A stretch of 64,000 bases of DNA from the IMG/VR virus record IMGVR_UViG_3300022602_000003, positions 1 through 64,000 of that record; one strand, given 5' to 3'. Origin of the DNA: a virus. A program made the position numbers and the translations under genes. Position 1 is the stretch's first letter. The number at the start of each line of letters is the position of its first letter. The notes under the pieces were generated by a model. It had not been told where the DNA came from. It did no database searches and saw only the letters and a program-made list of their open reading frames with translations. Below are positions 28,761-38,195 of this stretch, piece by piece.

Positions 28761-31700
28761 TTACTTGCGCGGTTCTGGTACTCTGCTCATATCGACTTTT
28801 GTAAAGTTCTTTGGATTGAAGTTAGGGTATGCAACTTCGTACGCAACGCCAGCCGCGTCAAGTTTTTTCTGTACCGCTGGCGCTGGCTGACCGTTTGTAA
28901 AGATAATTTTCGCGACGTCATCAAGAGTTGGATTGTGGCCGCCGACTTGCATTTCGTAGTACATTCCAGTTGAAGGTGGTTTTCCTTCAAGTACTGGCAT
29001 TCCCGGAGAACTGTAGTCTGAACTTAGTGGAATTGGAGCTCGCGGGTCGGCACTTGCCGCAAGTGTGTACGGTATCGCAATTACTGGTTTTGAGTCAAGC
29101 GAGTCGCCAATTGTCAATGTAGCATTTTGTAGCATTGAGTCTTTGAGAATAATTGATGAGTCACCGTATTGTGCTGTATCTCCGTTACTTTGCGTGTGAA
29201 CCCAAGCAACAATGTCTTTGTTTAGACTACCGTCAGGTTGAGCGAGTTCGTACATTTTATAGCTTTTAAGTGTGCCGATGTAGTCTCTTATTGAAGTTTT
29301 TGCGTCGCCTCTTGCATACGGATGACTTTCAATATACTCTTTTGCTTTTGCGATTTCATCCTCAATACTTTGCTTACTTCTAATCTCATACTTGTCGCTC
29401 CATTTGTTTCGGTCCCAGTTTAATGTTCTTCCCGCAACTGCAATGTAGTTTTGCGGATTGTCTTTGATATCTTGTATTTCTGCAAGTTTTTTATTTAGCC
29501 CATCATGATTAAGAAGTCGTGCTATTCTAGCTTCATTGTATTGCTCTGGATAGTTTGCTGCTCTTTCTGGGTTATTAGCAAGTATGTCTTTTATTTCTTG
29601 CGCATAGCGTAAGTCACTTTCTTTTTCGGCGTCAATCATTTCTTGAAAAGTCGATGCTGTTGCAAATTCGAATTGTCCGTTTTCATCATAGACGCGATAC
29701 AAAGAACTAATGCCTACTGAACTTGCAAGAGCCATGTCTATACCGTTTTCATTTGTTTTTGTGTATCCACCAACTTCTTTATTTGGCGTCATTACACCGT
29801 ACACTGGGCGTTGTTCACCGGTTGATTTAGGAGAATATCCCATAATCAACGCTTCGCTATTTTTTCTTGCAAACATGTAAGTTTCTGTAGCGCCTGAGCC
29901 AGAGCCAGTCTTATTTGTTGTGAACATGTTACCGAGTGCGGCACCTTTTAGCATTTTTTCAATAATGCTAGAGTCAACCATCACAACTGGAGTTGAATTC
30001 TTAAGAATTTCAGCATACGCATCACGAATTTGCTGCGCTTGTTCAGAAGTTATTTGCATAGAAGAACTTTGCAATATACCTGTAGCGTCACTGTGATAGC
30101 CGTAAGACGTAGCGCCAAAAAAAGTCTTAAACTTTTCATACACGTCTGCTTGTTCAGTTTTGGTTCCATCTGGGTTATACGCACTTAAATACGGTAAATT
30201 GCCAGATGGGTAATCTGAAGGCGCCATTGAACCAAAGAGTGCGTAATAAGAAGCTAAATTAAGTCTAGCTCCAAATTCTTTTACGTTGTCAATTTGGTCT
30301 TGAGTTAGTTTTGTACCTATTCCTCCTCCCTCTTCTTCTGGTCTAGTTCTTTCAAGAACATAAAGCAAATCTTTAACGCCGTTGCTTGACGCTGGGACTC
30401 GTTGTTCTTCGTACAAACGTGGTGTTAATGAGTCACTTATAACTTCAAAATGCCCTGGAATGTACTTATCGTTTTCATCGTATTTTCTGTCAACCCATTT
30501 TTGTTCAAATTTGTATTCAGCTCCAACTCTTTCAGACGCTTTTTGCAGCGTTTGCATTTCGTTGCGTACCGCTTCCCAAGCTTTAGGGTCAACCACTTTT
30601 CCATTGTTAACCGCATCGGCAACTGATTTCCATTGCGCATCTGTGGCTCGTTGCAATCCGGCATCAGCGTACATTTTCTCAAGACCTGGAGCAATATTGT
30701 CATAGTTCAAAGAGCCAATAGTGAATCGCTCTGATGATGACTCGCCATCGCCTTCTTTTGTCCAGCGACCGTGGTTATCTCGTTCTTCGCTTTCATCGTA
30801 CTTAGCGACAAAAGACTTAGTTGTCGTGGCTGGCAAGAAGTCCGAAGCGGACATCTTCATTTTGCCGAGCGACATCTTTGGCGCATTCACCGTGTATGGA
30901 ATGCCAAGAGCATCAAGTTGCTTAGTCAAACTTGATGATGGAGTCTTACCAGTGAACTCGACTGATGCGATATCTTTCACAGCAGGGTGCTGGTACATTT
31001 GAAGCTCTAAGTACGGTCCGGTTATCCCATCTTCTCTTCGTCCAGAAATTCCAAGAAACATACCAGCTCCTCCAAGACGTGAGTCGCCAGATTGCGCCAT
31101 TGATGCTGGTATCGCGTGCGTCCACCAACTGTCTGCTGAGTCTCCATTTGTGACTGTTGCGCTGCTTAAAATACTTGAGTTAAGCGTTACTTTTGCGTCT
31201 CCATAATAAGCAGTAGCGGAATATTCTTGCTGAGCAAGAATAGAAAGCAAATCGGAGTTTATTTTTCCACTCGCATCTGCAAGCGCATAAACTGGATTTT
31301 TCATCGTTATTTCAGCTCTTTTATACTCTGCTTTTGCTGTTGCGCTTCCGTAGCGAGGCTTTCCATTTGCAATAATTTCTTGCGCTTTTGCTACTCTTTG
31401 CCCGAACTCTTCTTTTGAAACCAAGCCGTATGAACTAACTTTATGGCCGTCTTCACGATATGAGCCATCGATAATTAAATAATTTTGAGGGTTCTTTACA
31501 GCATCTTCATATTTAGCAACTTGTCTTGTGTAATAGTCTTGCATCTTATTTTCTTGCTGCGCTTGTTCTTGTAGATAGCTTAAAGAAGTACCGCTAGTAA
31601 GACCAGCTAAAAGCTCATTTATAAGTTGCGAACCGCTTTGAATATCAGAAGGAGTAATCGCATCAGACTCTCCATTTTTCTCCATAAAGCCGTAGACTGG

Positions 31701-33839
31701 TCGTTGAGAAGGACTGGCATCTTGAGGTAGATTCAATCTATAATTTTCGTATTGTTCTCGAGTACTAATGTAGTCCGCAACAGTTCTGCCGTTAGCAGAA
31801 GTTGGAGCGCCGGTCTTTTGAACTTCACTTCCAGACTTAAATTCACCGTCAGTTAGTACTCGTGCAAGGCCAGAAGATGCAATGCGAATTTTAGGAGTTG
31901 AATCTTGCATCTCTGAAGCAAGTCCTGCACGAAAAGATGAAAGTTGCTTTGAAGAAAGACCCATTCTGAAGTCAGAAAATTCATTACCTGCTGAATAAGG
32001 ATTGCTTGGACTGCGAGCTCCAAGTACGTCTTGAGTAAAGTTTGGTGGAAGAGTTCCATTTGGATAGTCACTCGGCAACATGCCATTTCGAACTAGCGCT
32101 TGGCCAAGAAGTAACATTTTGTCCCTGTACTCATATGTGGACAAGTCAACACCTTCTGGCGCTTTACCTCTAGCAAATTCTTGCGCGACTTCTTTTTCTG
32201 CTAAAGAAAGAAGTTCTGGAGAAATTGGCGCACCGCTTCGAGTTTCATCGCGAAGTTGCGTCCATTGTTCATTTGTTAAATTACTGCCAGTCTTTTCATT
32301 GAGTGTTCCATTTGTGTACATCTCATTGAATTCTTTGATTTGCTGCTGTTGAGCATATTCTTTTTGATTTCTTTTGACTTCTTCTTGAATTCTTTCAAGT
32401 CTTTGCTCGTACTCTTGCTTCTCTTTTCCACTTAACTTAGCATAAGCTGAAAGCTCTCCAGTAGAAGAATCGCCATAACTTGGTGTACGTAAACGCCAAC
32501 CACTTATTTCAGGAGTAATTGGTCTAAAGTCTGTGCCTTCAGAACCAATGTGTCCACCGTCGCTATCTTCTTTCGTCCATCTGCCATGATAGTCGCGAGA
32601 CTCTGCATCATCGTATTTGAAAAGCTTACTTGCTGCTTCGCGACGAGCACGGTTAGCAGCAATTTCTTGCTCTCCTCGCTTTTGTTCAAAGTATGCTTCT
32701 CGGTCAGGGTCAGCCAAGCCAGTGAGTGCTTCATCGTATGAAACTTTTGCGTTGTCAATAGTCCAAGGAATGTTTAAAGAATCAAGTTGCGCAATTAAAG
32801 ATTGGAAATGCGGAGTTGAATATGTGAGACGCGCGTAATTAGGCAATCCTTCACTTTTAAAGTTAATGGAAGCAATGTCTTTTGTTGTGATTTTGCCATA
32901 GATTTGCGCTTCTATATATTGTCGATACGCACCGGTGACGCGTCCTATAGGCTCTTTAGAGTCGTTGCCCCAGTTAAGAATATCTTTGAGTACATTATGC
33001 GGGTCTTCATCGCCTCCATAGTACGGTAAAGGCACACTTTCAGGTTGTATATCATTCGCCATTGATGGAACAATAGTTTGGTCAAAAGAACTAACACCAA
33101 AGCTTCCGGCGTGAACATCAAGTGAGTCTCCAAGTATAACGGAAGTTCGTTCTTTTACAGCATCATTGAGTTGAATTTCAACTCTACCGTACATATTAAG
33201 TAAATCTTCATCGCCAAATGATTGAGAAATGTCGACTGGAGTTGTGCTTCCAATATACCCATAGACAGGACGTTGGCCAGGTGTGGCGTCTATAGGAACA
33301 CCAAGTACTTTTTGTTCGCCTTGTTTGCGAAATAGCTGGCCGTCTTTTGAACCCATGTAGTTGCGTTTTGACTCGCCGGATTGGAAGCCGTTCCTTAGTC
33401 GACCTTCGCCAATGATTTTTTCAAGAGAAGATACGTTTGGAACTCTTACAATTAGTTGATGCGTGTCAACAAAGTTTTGAAGTCTTTGCGCTTCTTGCTT
33501 TCGGTAATCTGATACTGATTTATAGCCTAATTCTTTTGCAATTTTATCCGCATTGCGATATACACGACTGTTTGTATCGGTATCAGGTCTTACAGAGATT
33601 CTTGCTCTTTGTTGCGCTGCTTCCGCAAGTTGATTTTTTACTTTTTCAACAAGTTTTTGCGTAGCAGGTGAAGTACGACTTGATGTTGGTTTTGTAGTTT
33701 CAGTAGATGAATCACCGTCAGTTGCCCATCTACCATGTGAGTCGCGTTCTTCTTCTGAGACATCACGTTTAATAATAAGTGGAGCCCAAATACCAGAAAC
33801 TACATTTGGTACCCAAGGTTCTGAATGAAGCGAAGTCAT
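28761..33839 (-). CDS. polyprotein (1692 aa): three tandem DUF3626-like (possibly ART-fold) domains, each headed by an RDxHGRW tag
   Basis: RPVYG, YG....L, GDS.D and Y.E.Q....D[IV]A.[IV].F each occur three times. Confidence 0.7.
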   Translation of the reverse strand: MTSLHSEPWVPNVVSGIWAPLIIKRDVSEEERDSHGRWATDGDSSTETTKPTSSRTSPATQKLVEKVKNQLAEAAQQRARISVRPDTDTNSRVYRNADKIAKELGYKSVSDYRKQEAQRLQNFVDTHQLIVRVPNVSSLEKIIGEGRLRNGFQSGESKRNYMGSKDGQLFRKQGEQKVLGVPIDATPGQRPVYGYIGSTTPVDISQSFGDEDLLNMYGRVEIQLNDAVKERTSVILGDSLDVHAGSFGVSSFDQTIVPSMANDIQPESVPLPYYGGDEDPHNVLKDILNWGNDSKEPIGRVTGAYRQYIEAQIYGKITTKDIASINFKSEGLPNYARLTYSTPHFQSLIAQLDSLNIPWTIDNAKVSYDEALTGLADPDREAYFEQKRGEQEIAANRARREAASKLFKYDDAESRDYHGRWTKEDSDGGHIGSEGTDFRPITPEISGWRLRTPSYGDSSTGELSAYAKLSGKEKQEYEQRLERIQEEVKRNQKEYAQQQQIKEFNEMYTNGTLNEKTGSNLTNEQWTQLRDETRSGAPISPELLSLAEKEVAQEFARGKAPEGVDLSTYEYRDKMLLLGQALVRNGMLPSDYPNGTLPPNFTQDVLGARSPSNPYSAGNEFSDFRMGLSSKQLSSFRAGLASEMQDSTPKIRIASSGLARVLTDGEFKSGSEVQKTGAPTSANGRTVADYISTREQYENYRLNLPQDASPSQRPVYGFMEKNGESDAITPSDIQSGSQLINELLAGLTSGTSLSYLQEQAQQENKMQDYYTRQVAKYEDAVKNPQNYLIIDGSYREDGHKVSSYGLVSKEEFGQRVAKAQEIIANGKPRYGSATAKAEYKRAEITMKNPVYALADASGKINSDLLSILAQQEYSATAYYGDAKVTLNSSILSSATVTNGDSADSWWTHAIPASMAQSGDSRLGGAGMFLGISGRREDGITGPYLELQMYQHPAVKDIASVEFTGKTPSSSLTKQLDALGIPYTVNAPKMSLGKMKMSASDFLPATTTKSFVAKYDESEERDNHGRWTKEGDGESSSERFTIGSLNYDNIAPGLEKMYADAGLQRATDAQWKSVADAVNNGKVVDPKAWEAVRNEMQTLQKASERVGAEYKFEQKWVDRKYDENDKYIPGHFEVISDSLTPRLYEEQRVPASSNGVKDLLYVLERTRPEEEGGGIGTKLTQDQIDNVKEFGARLNLASYYALFGSMAPSDYPSGNLPYLSAYNPDGTKTEQADVYEKFKTFFGATSYGYHSDATGILQSSSMQITSEQAQQIRDAYAEILKNSTPVVMVDSSIIEKMLKGAALGNMFTTNKTGSGSGATETYMFARKNSEALIMGYSPKSTGEQRPVYGVMTPNKEVGGYTKTNENGIDMALASSVGISSLYRVYDENGQFEFATASTFQEMIDAEKESDLRYAQEIKDILANNPERAANYPEQYNEARIARLLNHDGLNKKLAEIQDIKDNPQNYIAVAGRTLNWDRNKWSDKYEIRSKQSIEDEIAKAKEYIESHPYARGDAKTSIRDYIGTLKSYKMYELAQPDGSLNKDIVAWVHTQSNGDTAQYGDSSIILKDSMLQNATLTIGDSLDSKPVIAIPYTLAASADPRAPIPLSSDYSSPGMPVLEGKPPSTGMYYEMQVGGHNPTLDDVAKIIFTNGQPAPAVQKKLDAAGVAYEVAYPNFNPKNFTKVDMSRVPEPRK

Positions 33840-36800
33840 TACAGAATCTCCAGCGTAACCTCATTGTCGGTAATGTCAGTGACGAGCAGTTCTTGTCCTG
33901 GCAAAATTCGACCGGAAGGAAGATACTTAACAACTGCGACAACTTCAGCATCTGGTCGAGATGATGAGAAGCTAATTGCTGCGTCGTCAAAGATTATGTC
34001 GCCAACACTTAGAATTGAAAGCACTTCAGGGTCAAGTGCTTTGTAGACGGTGGCAATTAAATCTTCGTTGTTCTTTTTTGCAAGTGACTTCTTCAATGAG
34101 TCATCTTGCATCATTGAAGTCCAAGGACCAAAGTCACCAACACCTGAGCCGATGTACGCAGTAGTTGTCTTAATGCCGAGTTGTCGAAGAGCAGTTACTC
34201 GGTGGTTTCCATCCGCAACTTCATATCCGTTAGAAGTTTTAACAACAACAATTGGATGTAATGAAGAACCCTTTTGAACGTCTTGCTTAATTTCTGCAAC
34301 ATGCGATTGACTAATGTCTGCTTGTGGTCGCATAAGAATCAAGTCATCTACCGACATGTCTGGGTCAAATGTCCAAGTCGCATTCTTTGCCCACTTAACG
34401 GCAGACTTCTTATAGTGTTGCTTTAAGTAGTGAACAACAATATCGCCAATACTTTCAGACTCTGCTTTAGTCAATGCAACGTCTGCCGAAGCAAAGTACG
34501 AATCACGAGTGTATGGAGTTCCATACAACGCATCATTTGCTTGCATACGAGCAGCAGCATCTGGACTATCTAACGCTACACTTGCAATGTCAGCAGCGCG
34601 AGCGTCAGCAGCGGCTTGGTCAAGCGATACTTCTTCGTCCAAGCGTTGCTGGTAGAAGTCATTGGACATATCGCTAAAGGGATTGTCTTCAGTGGTGCTG
34701 CTTCCATCGCCTTGTACATATTCTAGAGTGCACTGGCAATTTGCTGCGCCTTCACAATACTCTCCAAAACCACCGTCACCAGGCCAACAAGGAAGTGTAT
34801 CAATTGTGTACTCTTCACCATCTCGGTCAGCGCACAAATCACATGGGTCTGCTGAATTCGTGTGCCAGATGATTGTGTCGTTTCCAGTAGCAGTATCTGG
34901 CAAGTCACTTTCATCTGAAAGCATTACGCCATCTCCATCTGTCTGGTCTGCTCCAATCAAACTTCCAATTGCGATTCCAGCGCCTACCAAGCCAGCAAGA
35001 GCATCAAGAGCAGACATGCCATTGTCTGTACCGTCAGTAATGTCAGTGCCATCACCAGAGTACATATCGTCTAATGCTGTGTAGTCATCAATTGAATCGC
35101 TTGTGTCATCAATTGGATAATTAGCGTCAGTCTGTGAAGTCGAGTCAGTTGGCGCGCCGCCAGCAAGAACTGCAAGACCGTAGCCTTGTTCATAAACTGG
35201 AGTTAATGAACGAGAGTACAAGTTTAGTCGCGCGTTAATCTTTGGCTGCGAGATTCCACTCTTAATGTCTTGTGCAAAGCCAGTTAGATATCCTCGCTGC
35301 TGCTCGGCTCGAGCAATTGCAAGATTTAAGAAGTCGTGATTTGTAACTGGAGATACACTTGGGAAATCAGACGCCGCATCTCTTGCTGCTGCATTGTATG
35401 TTGCGTGATAACCTTGCTGAAGAACTCGAGTTCCTTGGTCGATAAAGCCAATCATTCCAACATGAGGATTGTCGATGTTGGCGGCTAGAGTACCAAGTGT
35501 ATTTGCAACGTGAGAAGAAATGTGCGCAACTGTGTCGCGACGTTGCTGGACTCGCTGCTCGGCCTTGAATGCTTTTTTACCAATAGTGACTGCGGCTGAG
35601 GCGTCTTTCTTTTGCTCAAAAGTTTTTTGTACTTTTTCAAGTACGTTCTTTGAAATAAACTTAGTTTCCCACTTATCAATTTGACGACCCTTCTTCAGAG
35701 CTCGGCGAATTGAATCAAGTTCTCCAAATGCTGCGATTTCCAAAGCCTTGGTCTGCTTCTTCTTTCCACTTCCGTGAAGAGGAGTGCTTGAACCTGAAGC
35801 AGGAGCAACAATTGCAGGAGCTCCTCCGCCTCCACCTTGTGGACGACCACCGATGCCAGGAGTTCCAGCAGCATTTGCAGGTTGAACCACCGTAGGAGTC
35901 TGGTCTTGGCCTTCAGGAAGTTGGCTTGGCAACTGCACTTGTTGAGGAGTTGTCGGCTGAGACGCTGCTTGTTCTGGAGAAATAAGCGGGTATCCCAAGT
36001 CAGCATCAGCAATTCCAGGAGCGATTACTCCAAGCGTCGAAACTCCAGTTGCGCTCATGTAGACTGGGTCACTTGTAAGTGGAAGACCCCAAGGGTTCAT
36101 ACCAAGTTGTACACGAGCTTCGTCAATTGACATGATACCAGCACCGATAAGAGTCTTAAAGTTGTTGGCCATAGTTTCTTCATCGCCAGAATCTTCCATG
36201 CCAATCCAAGTGAATTGCATGTCATCTTGTCCACCGATGTCTTGCAAGATGTGGTCGAAAATAGCAGTCTTCAACCACTGCAACATTGGCTTTAATGCTT
36301 TGCGCTTGTTAATGTCAGCACTTGCTTTTGCCATTTGACTTGCGGCGCCAGATGATTGAGAAGAAGATGAGCCACCGCTAAGACCAAGTTCCATTGGCAT
36401 AACGTCATATGCCATGCAAATCATTTGAGTAATTGTCTCATCAATTTGACCAGCGATTTCAATTGGCTTTTGTGGCTTAGTGTCAGAGCCTCGAGGAAGA
36501 ACGATAATCTTGTGCTTCCAAGCTTGGTCTCCAGCAATTGCGTTCAAAGTATCTTGAAGTTGGCGAATCTGCTGAGGAGTACTAATGTCGTCGCCTGGAA
36601 TAACGAATTGACCAGGAATTGTTCCTTCATTAAAGAAGTCAAGTTGGAATTGCTGGCGACGAAGACCAGTCATAACTGGAATGATTGCACGTTCAATTCC
36701 TGGAAAACCATATGGAGTCCAAGAACGACGAGTGTACGGTAAGTACAAAAGTTGGTCGGCGCGATACTCACCGACAGGTTCTCCCATTTCTTCAATGTCT

Positions 36801-37630
36801 GACTCAAGGATAATGTCCATTAAGTCTACACGAGGAATTCCCCATAGGTACTGTTGATATGCCACTTCAGGGGGTCTAGGAGTCCCACCACGAACGTCGA
36901 GCATCGGTCGAATAGTTGTACCGTCAAGGACCTCAATTGAAGCCAAGTCAGAGCCGAAAAGACCCTTACCAGGAATTCGAGAAGGGTGCAAATACAATGC
37001 TAATGCGTCAACAACAAATACATCTTCTAGAACAGCAGAAAGCCAGCCAGAAAAGTCGTGGTAGTTCGGGTCTGGACGCTTAAAGAATTTTAGAGCTTCA
37101 GCACGGCGCTCTTGAAAGTCGTCGTGAGCATCTTGGTCTCCACGCATATTGCGTGCGCCTTCATCAGTTGGAACAATGTCCCAGTCAAGACCAAGAATTT
37201 CTTCTTTACGAACTTGAATACATGCACGAACAACTGAATACATATCGGCATACGCACGAAGGTTGGCAAAGGAAACAAGTTTAAGGCCCTCAGAGCCCGG
37301 CTGGCCCATTGGCATGTTCCACGCAATGGGATACTGCATTCGACGCGGTTCTGGTCTTCCAGACTCAGTTTGCGGCGCGTCAATACCCATTGGTTGAATT
37401 GGCGCCAACGGTCCAAATGCACCAGAAAGGAATGTCTCCCAATCGCGAGGAAGTCCATTACCATATGAAATTCCAAAGTTCCACTCATTGTACTGAGACA
37501 TAACTCCGCCAGCAGCGTAGTTACTTGGAAGAGGACCAGTTGTTCCGCCACTCATTCCTTGCTGGGCGGGTCCAGACCTTCTTGAATTAGCTCGGGCTTT
37601 AAGCCCCTTAATTACTGAGTCTTCGCTCAA
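33839..37630 (-). CDS. portal protein fused to MuF-like, ParB-like and degenerate ART-like regions
   Basis: Portal motifs (TPYGFPGIE, FFNEGTIP, SIDEARVQLG); CDLC...NCQC; VADGNHRVTAL; adjacent to the terminase. Confidence 0.85.
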   Translation of the reverse strand: MSEDSVIKGLKARANSRRSGPAQQGMSGGTTGPLPSNYAAGGVMSQYNEWNFGISYGNGLPRDWETFLSGAFGPLAPIQPMGIDAPQTESGRPEPRRMQYPIAWNMPMGQPGSEGLKLVSFANLRAYADMYSVVRACIQVRKEEILGLDWDIVPTDEGARNMRGDQDAHDDFQERRAEALKFFKRPDPNYHDFSGWLSAVLEDVFVVDALALYLHPSRIPGKGLFGSDLASIEVLDGTTIRPMLDVRGGTPRPPEVAYQQYLWGIPRVDLMDIILESDIEEMGEPVGEYRADQLLYLPYTRRSWTPYGFPGIERAIIPVMTGLRRQQFQLDFFNEGTIPGQFVIPGDDISTPQQIRQLQDTLNAIAGDQAWKHKIIVLPRGSDTKPQKPIEIAGQIDETITQMICMAYDVMPMELGLSGGSSSSQSSGAASQMAKASADINKRKALKPMLQWLKTAIFDHILQDIGGQDDMQFTWIGMEDSGDEETMANNFKTLIGAGIMSIDEARVQLGMNPWGLPLTSDPVYMSATGVSTLGVIAPGIADADLGYPLISPEQAASQPTTPQQVQLPSQLPEGQDQTPTVVQPANAAGTPGIGGRPQGGGGGAPAIVAPASGSSTPLHGSGKKKQTKALEIAAFGELDSIRRALKKGRQIDKWETKFISKNVLEKVQKTFEQKKDASAAVTIGKKAFKAEQRVQQRRDTVAHISSHVANTLGTLAANIDNPHVGMIGFIDQGTRVLQQGYHATYNAAARDAASDFPSVSPVTNHDFLNLAIARAEQQRGYLTGFAQDIKSGISQPKINARLNLYSRSLTPVYEQGYGLAVLAGGAPTDSTSQTDANYPIDDTSDSIDDYTALDDMYSGDGTDITDGTDNGMSALDALAGLVGAGIAIGSLIGADQTDGDGVMLSDESDLPDTATGNDTIIWHTNSADPCDLCADRDGEEYTIDTLPCWPGDGGFGEYCEGAANCQCTLEYVQGDGSSTTEDNPFSDMSNDFYQQRLDEEVSLDQAAADARAADIASVALDSPDAAARMQANDALYGTPYTRDSYFASADVALTKAESESIGDIVVHYLKQHYKKSAVKWAKNATWTFDPDMSVDDLILMRPQADISQSHVAEIKQDVQKGSSLHPIVVVKTSNGYEVADGNHRVTALRQLGIKTTTAYIGSGVGDFGPWTSMMQDDSLKKSLAKKNNEDLIATVYKALDPEVLSILSVGDIIFDDAAISFSSSRPDAEVVAVVKYLPSGRILPGQELLVTDITDNEVTLEIL

Positions 37631-37640
37631 AAAGACTCAA

Positions 37641-37937
37641 CTATTCAGGCTTAGCGGTGGAAGCGTTCTTCTTTGCTTTTGGCGCAGGAGTTTCTTCGAC
37701 TGGAGTTTCAGTTGGTACTAAAGAAACTAAAAGCTCATCGGCAATAGAAGCAGGCGCTTCAACAGCGACTGGAGTCGTCTCTACAACTGGAGTTGGCTTG
37801 TGCGTATCTCCAAGGTCTGCCTTTATTAGTTCAAGAAGTTGGCGTGTCTTCGGTAAAACCTGATAGAGAGGCGCATCATTCTCCATGTGCGCAATCAACT
37901 CCTCAACTTTTTGTTTTACTTCGTGCAAACTAATCAT
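37641..37937 (-). CDS. hypothetical protein
   Basis: ORF with an SD-like GAGGA upstream and a Pro/Glu-rich tail. Confidence 0.6.
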   Translation of the reverse strand: MISLHEVKQKVEELIAHMENDAPLYQVLPKTRQLLELIKADLGDTHKPTPVVETTPVAVEAPASIADELLVSLVPTETPVEETPAPKAKKNASTAKPE

Positions 37938-38193
37938 TTGTTGTTCCTCGTTCTACGATTGACTCCGGCCAAAGGACGTTTGTTTTGTCCCATTCACCGT
38001 CTGGCCAAAATTCTATCTCACTTAGAGTCCCTGATGTGTGAAACACCATTCTCTTGATTCGAGGGCATGCACGAACGTGAGCGCCTCCGCAGTGCGAACA
38101 CTGTTGAGCTTGGAATTCTTCCCATGACAAAGACGATTCTATATCACTTTTTTTATTATTTTTTATTGTCTTAAGTCGAACAAGTTTACTCAT
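37930..38193 (-). CDS. hypothetical zinc-binding protein
   Basis: CSHCGGAHVRACP motif. Confidence 0.6.
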   Translation of the reverse strand: MSKLVRLKTIKNNKKSDIESSLSWEEFQAQQCSHCGGAHVRACPRIKRMVFHTSGTLSEIEFWPDGEWDKTNVLWPESIVERGTTND

Positions 38194-38195
38194 AA

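Noticed and set aside
25859-33770. Tag repeats as a CRISPR array or DGR template/variable repeat
   Set aside because: Conservation is at the protein level with synonymous differences, spacing is 0.7-2.4 kb within or between ORFs, and no cas or reverse transcriptase gene is visible
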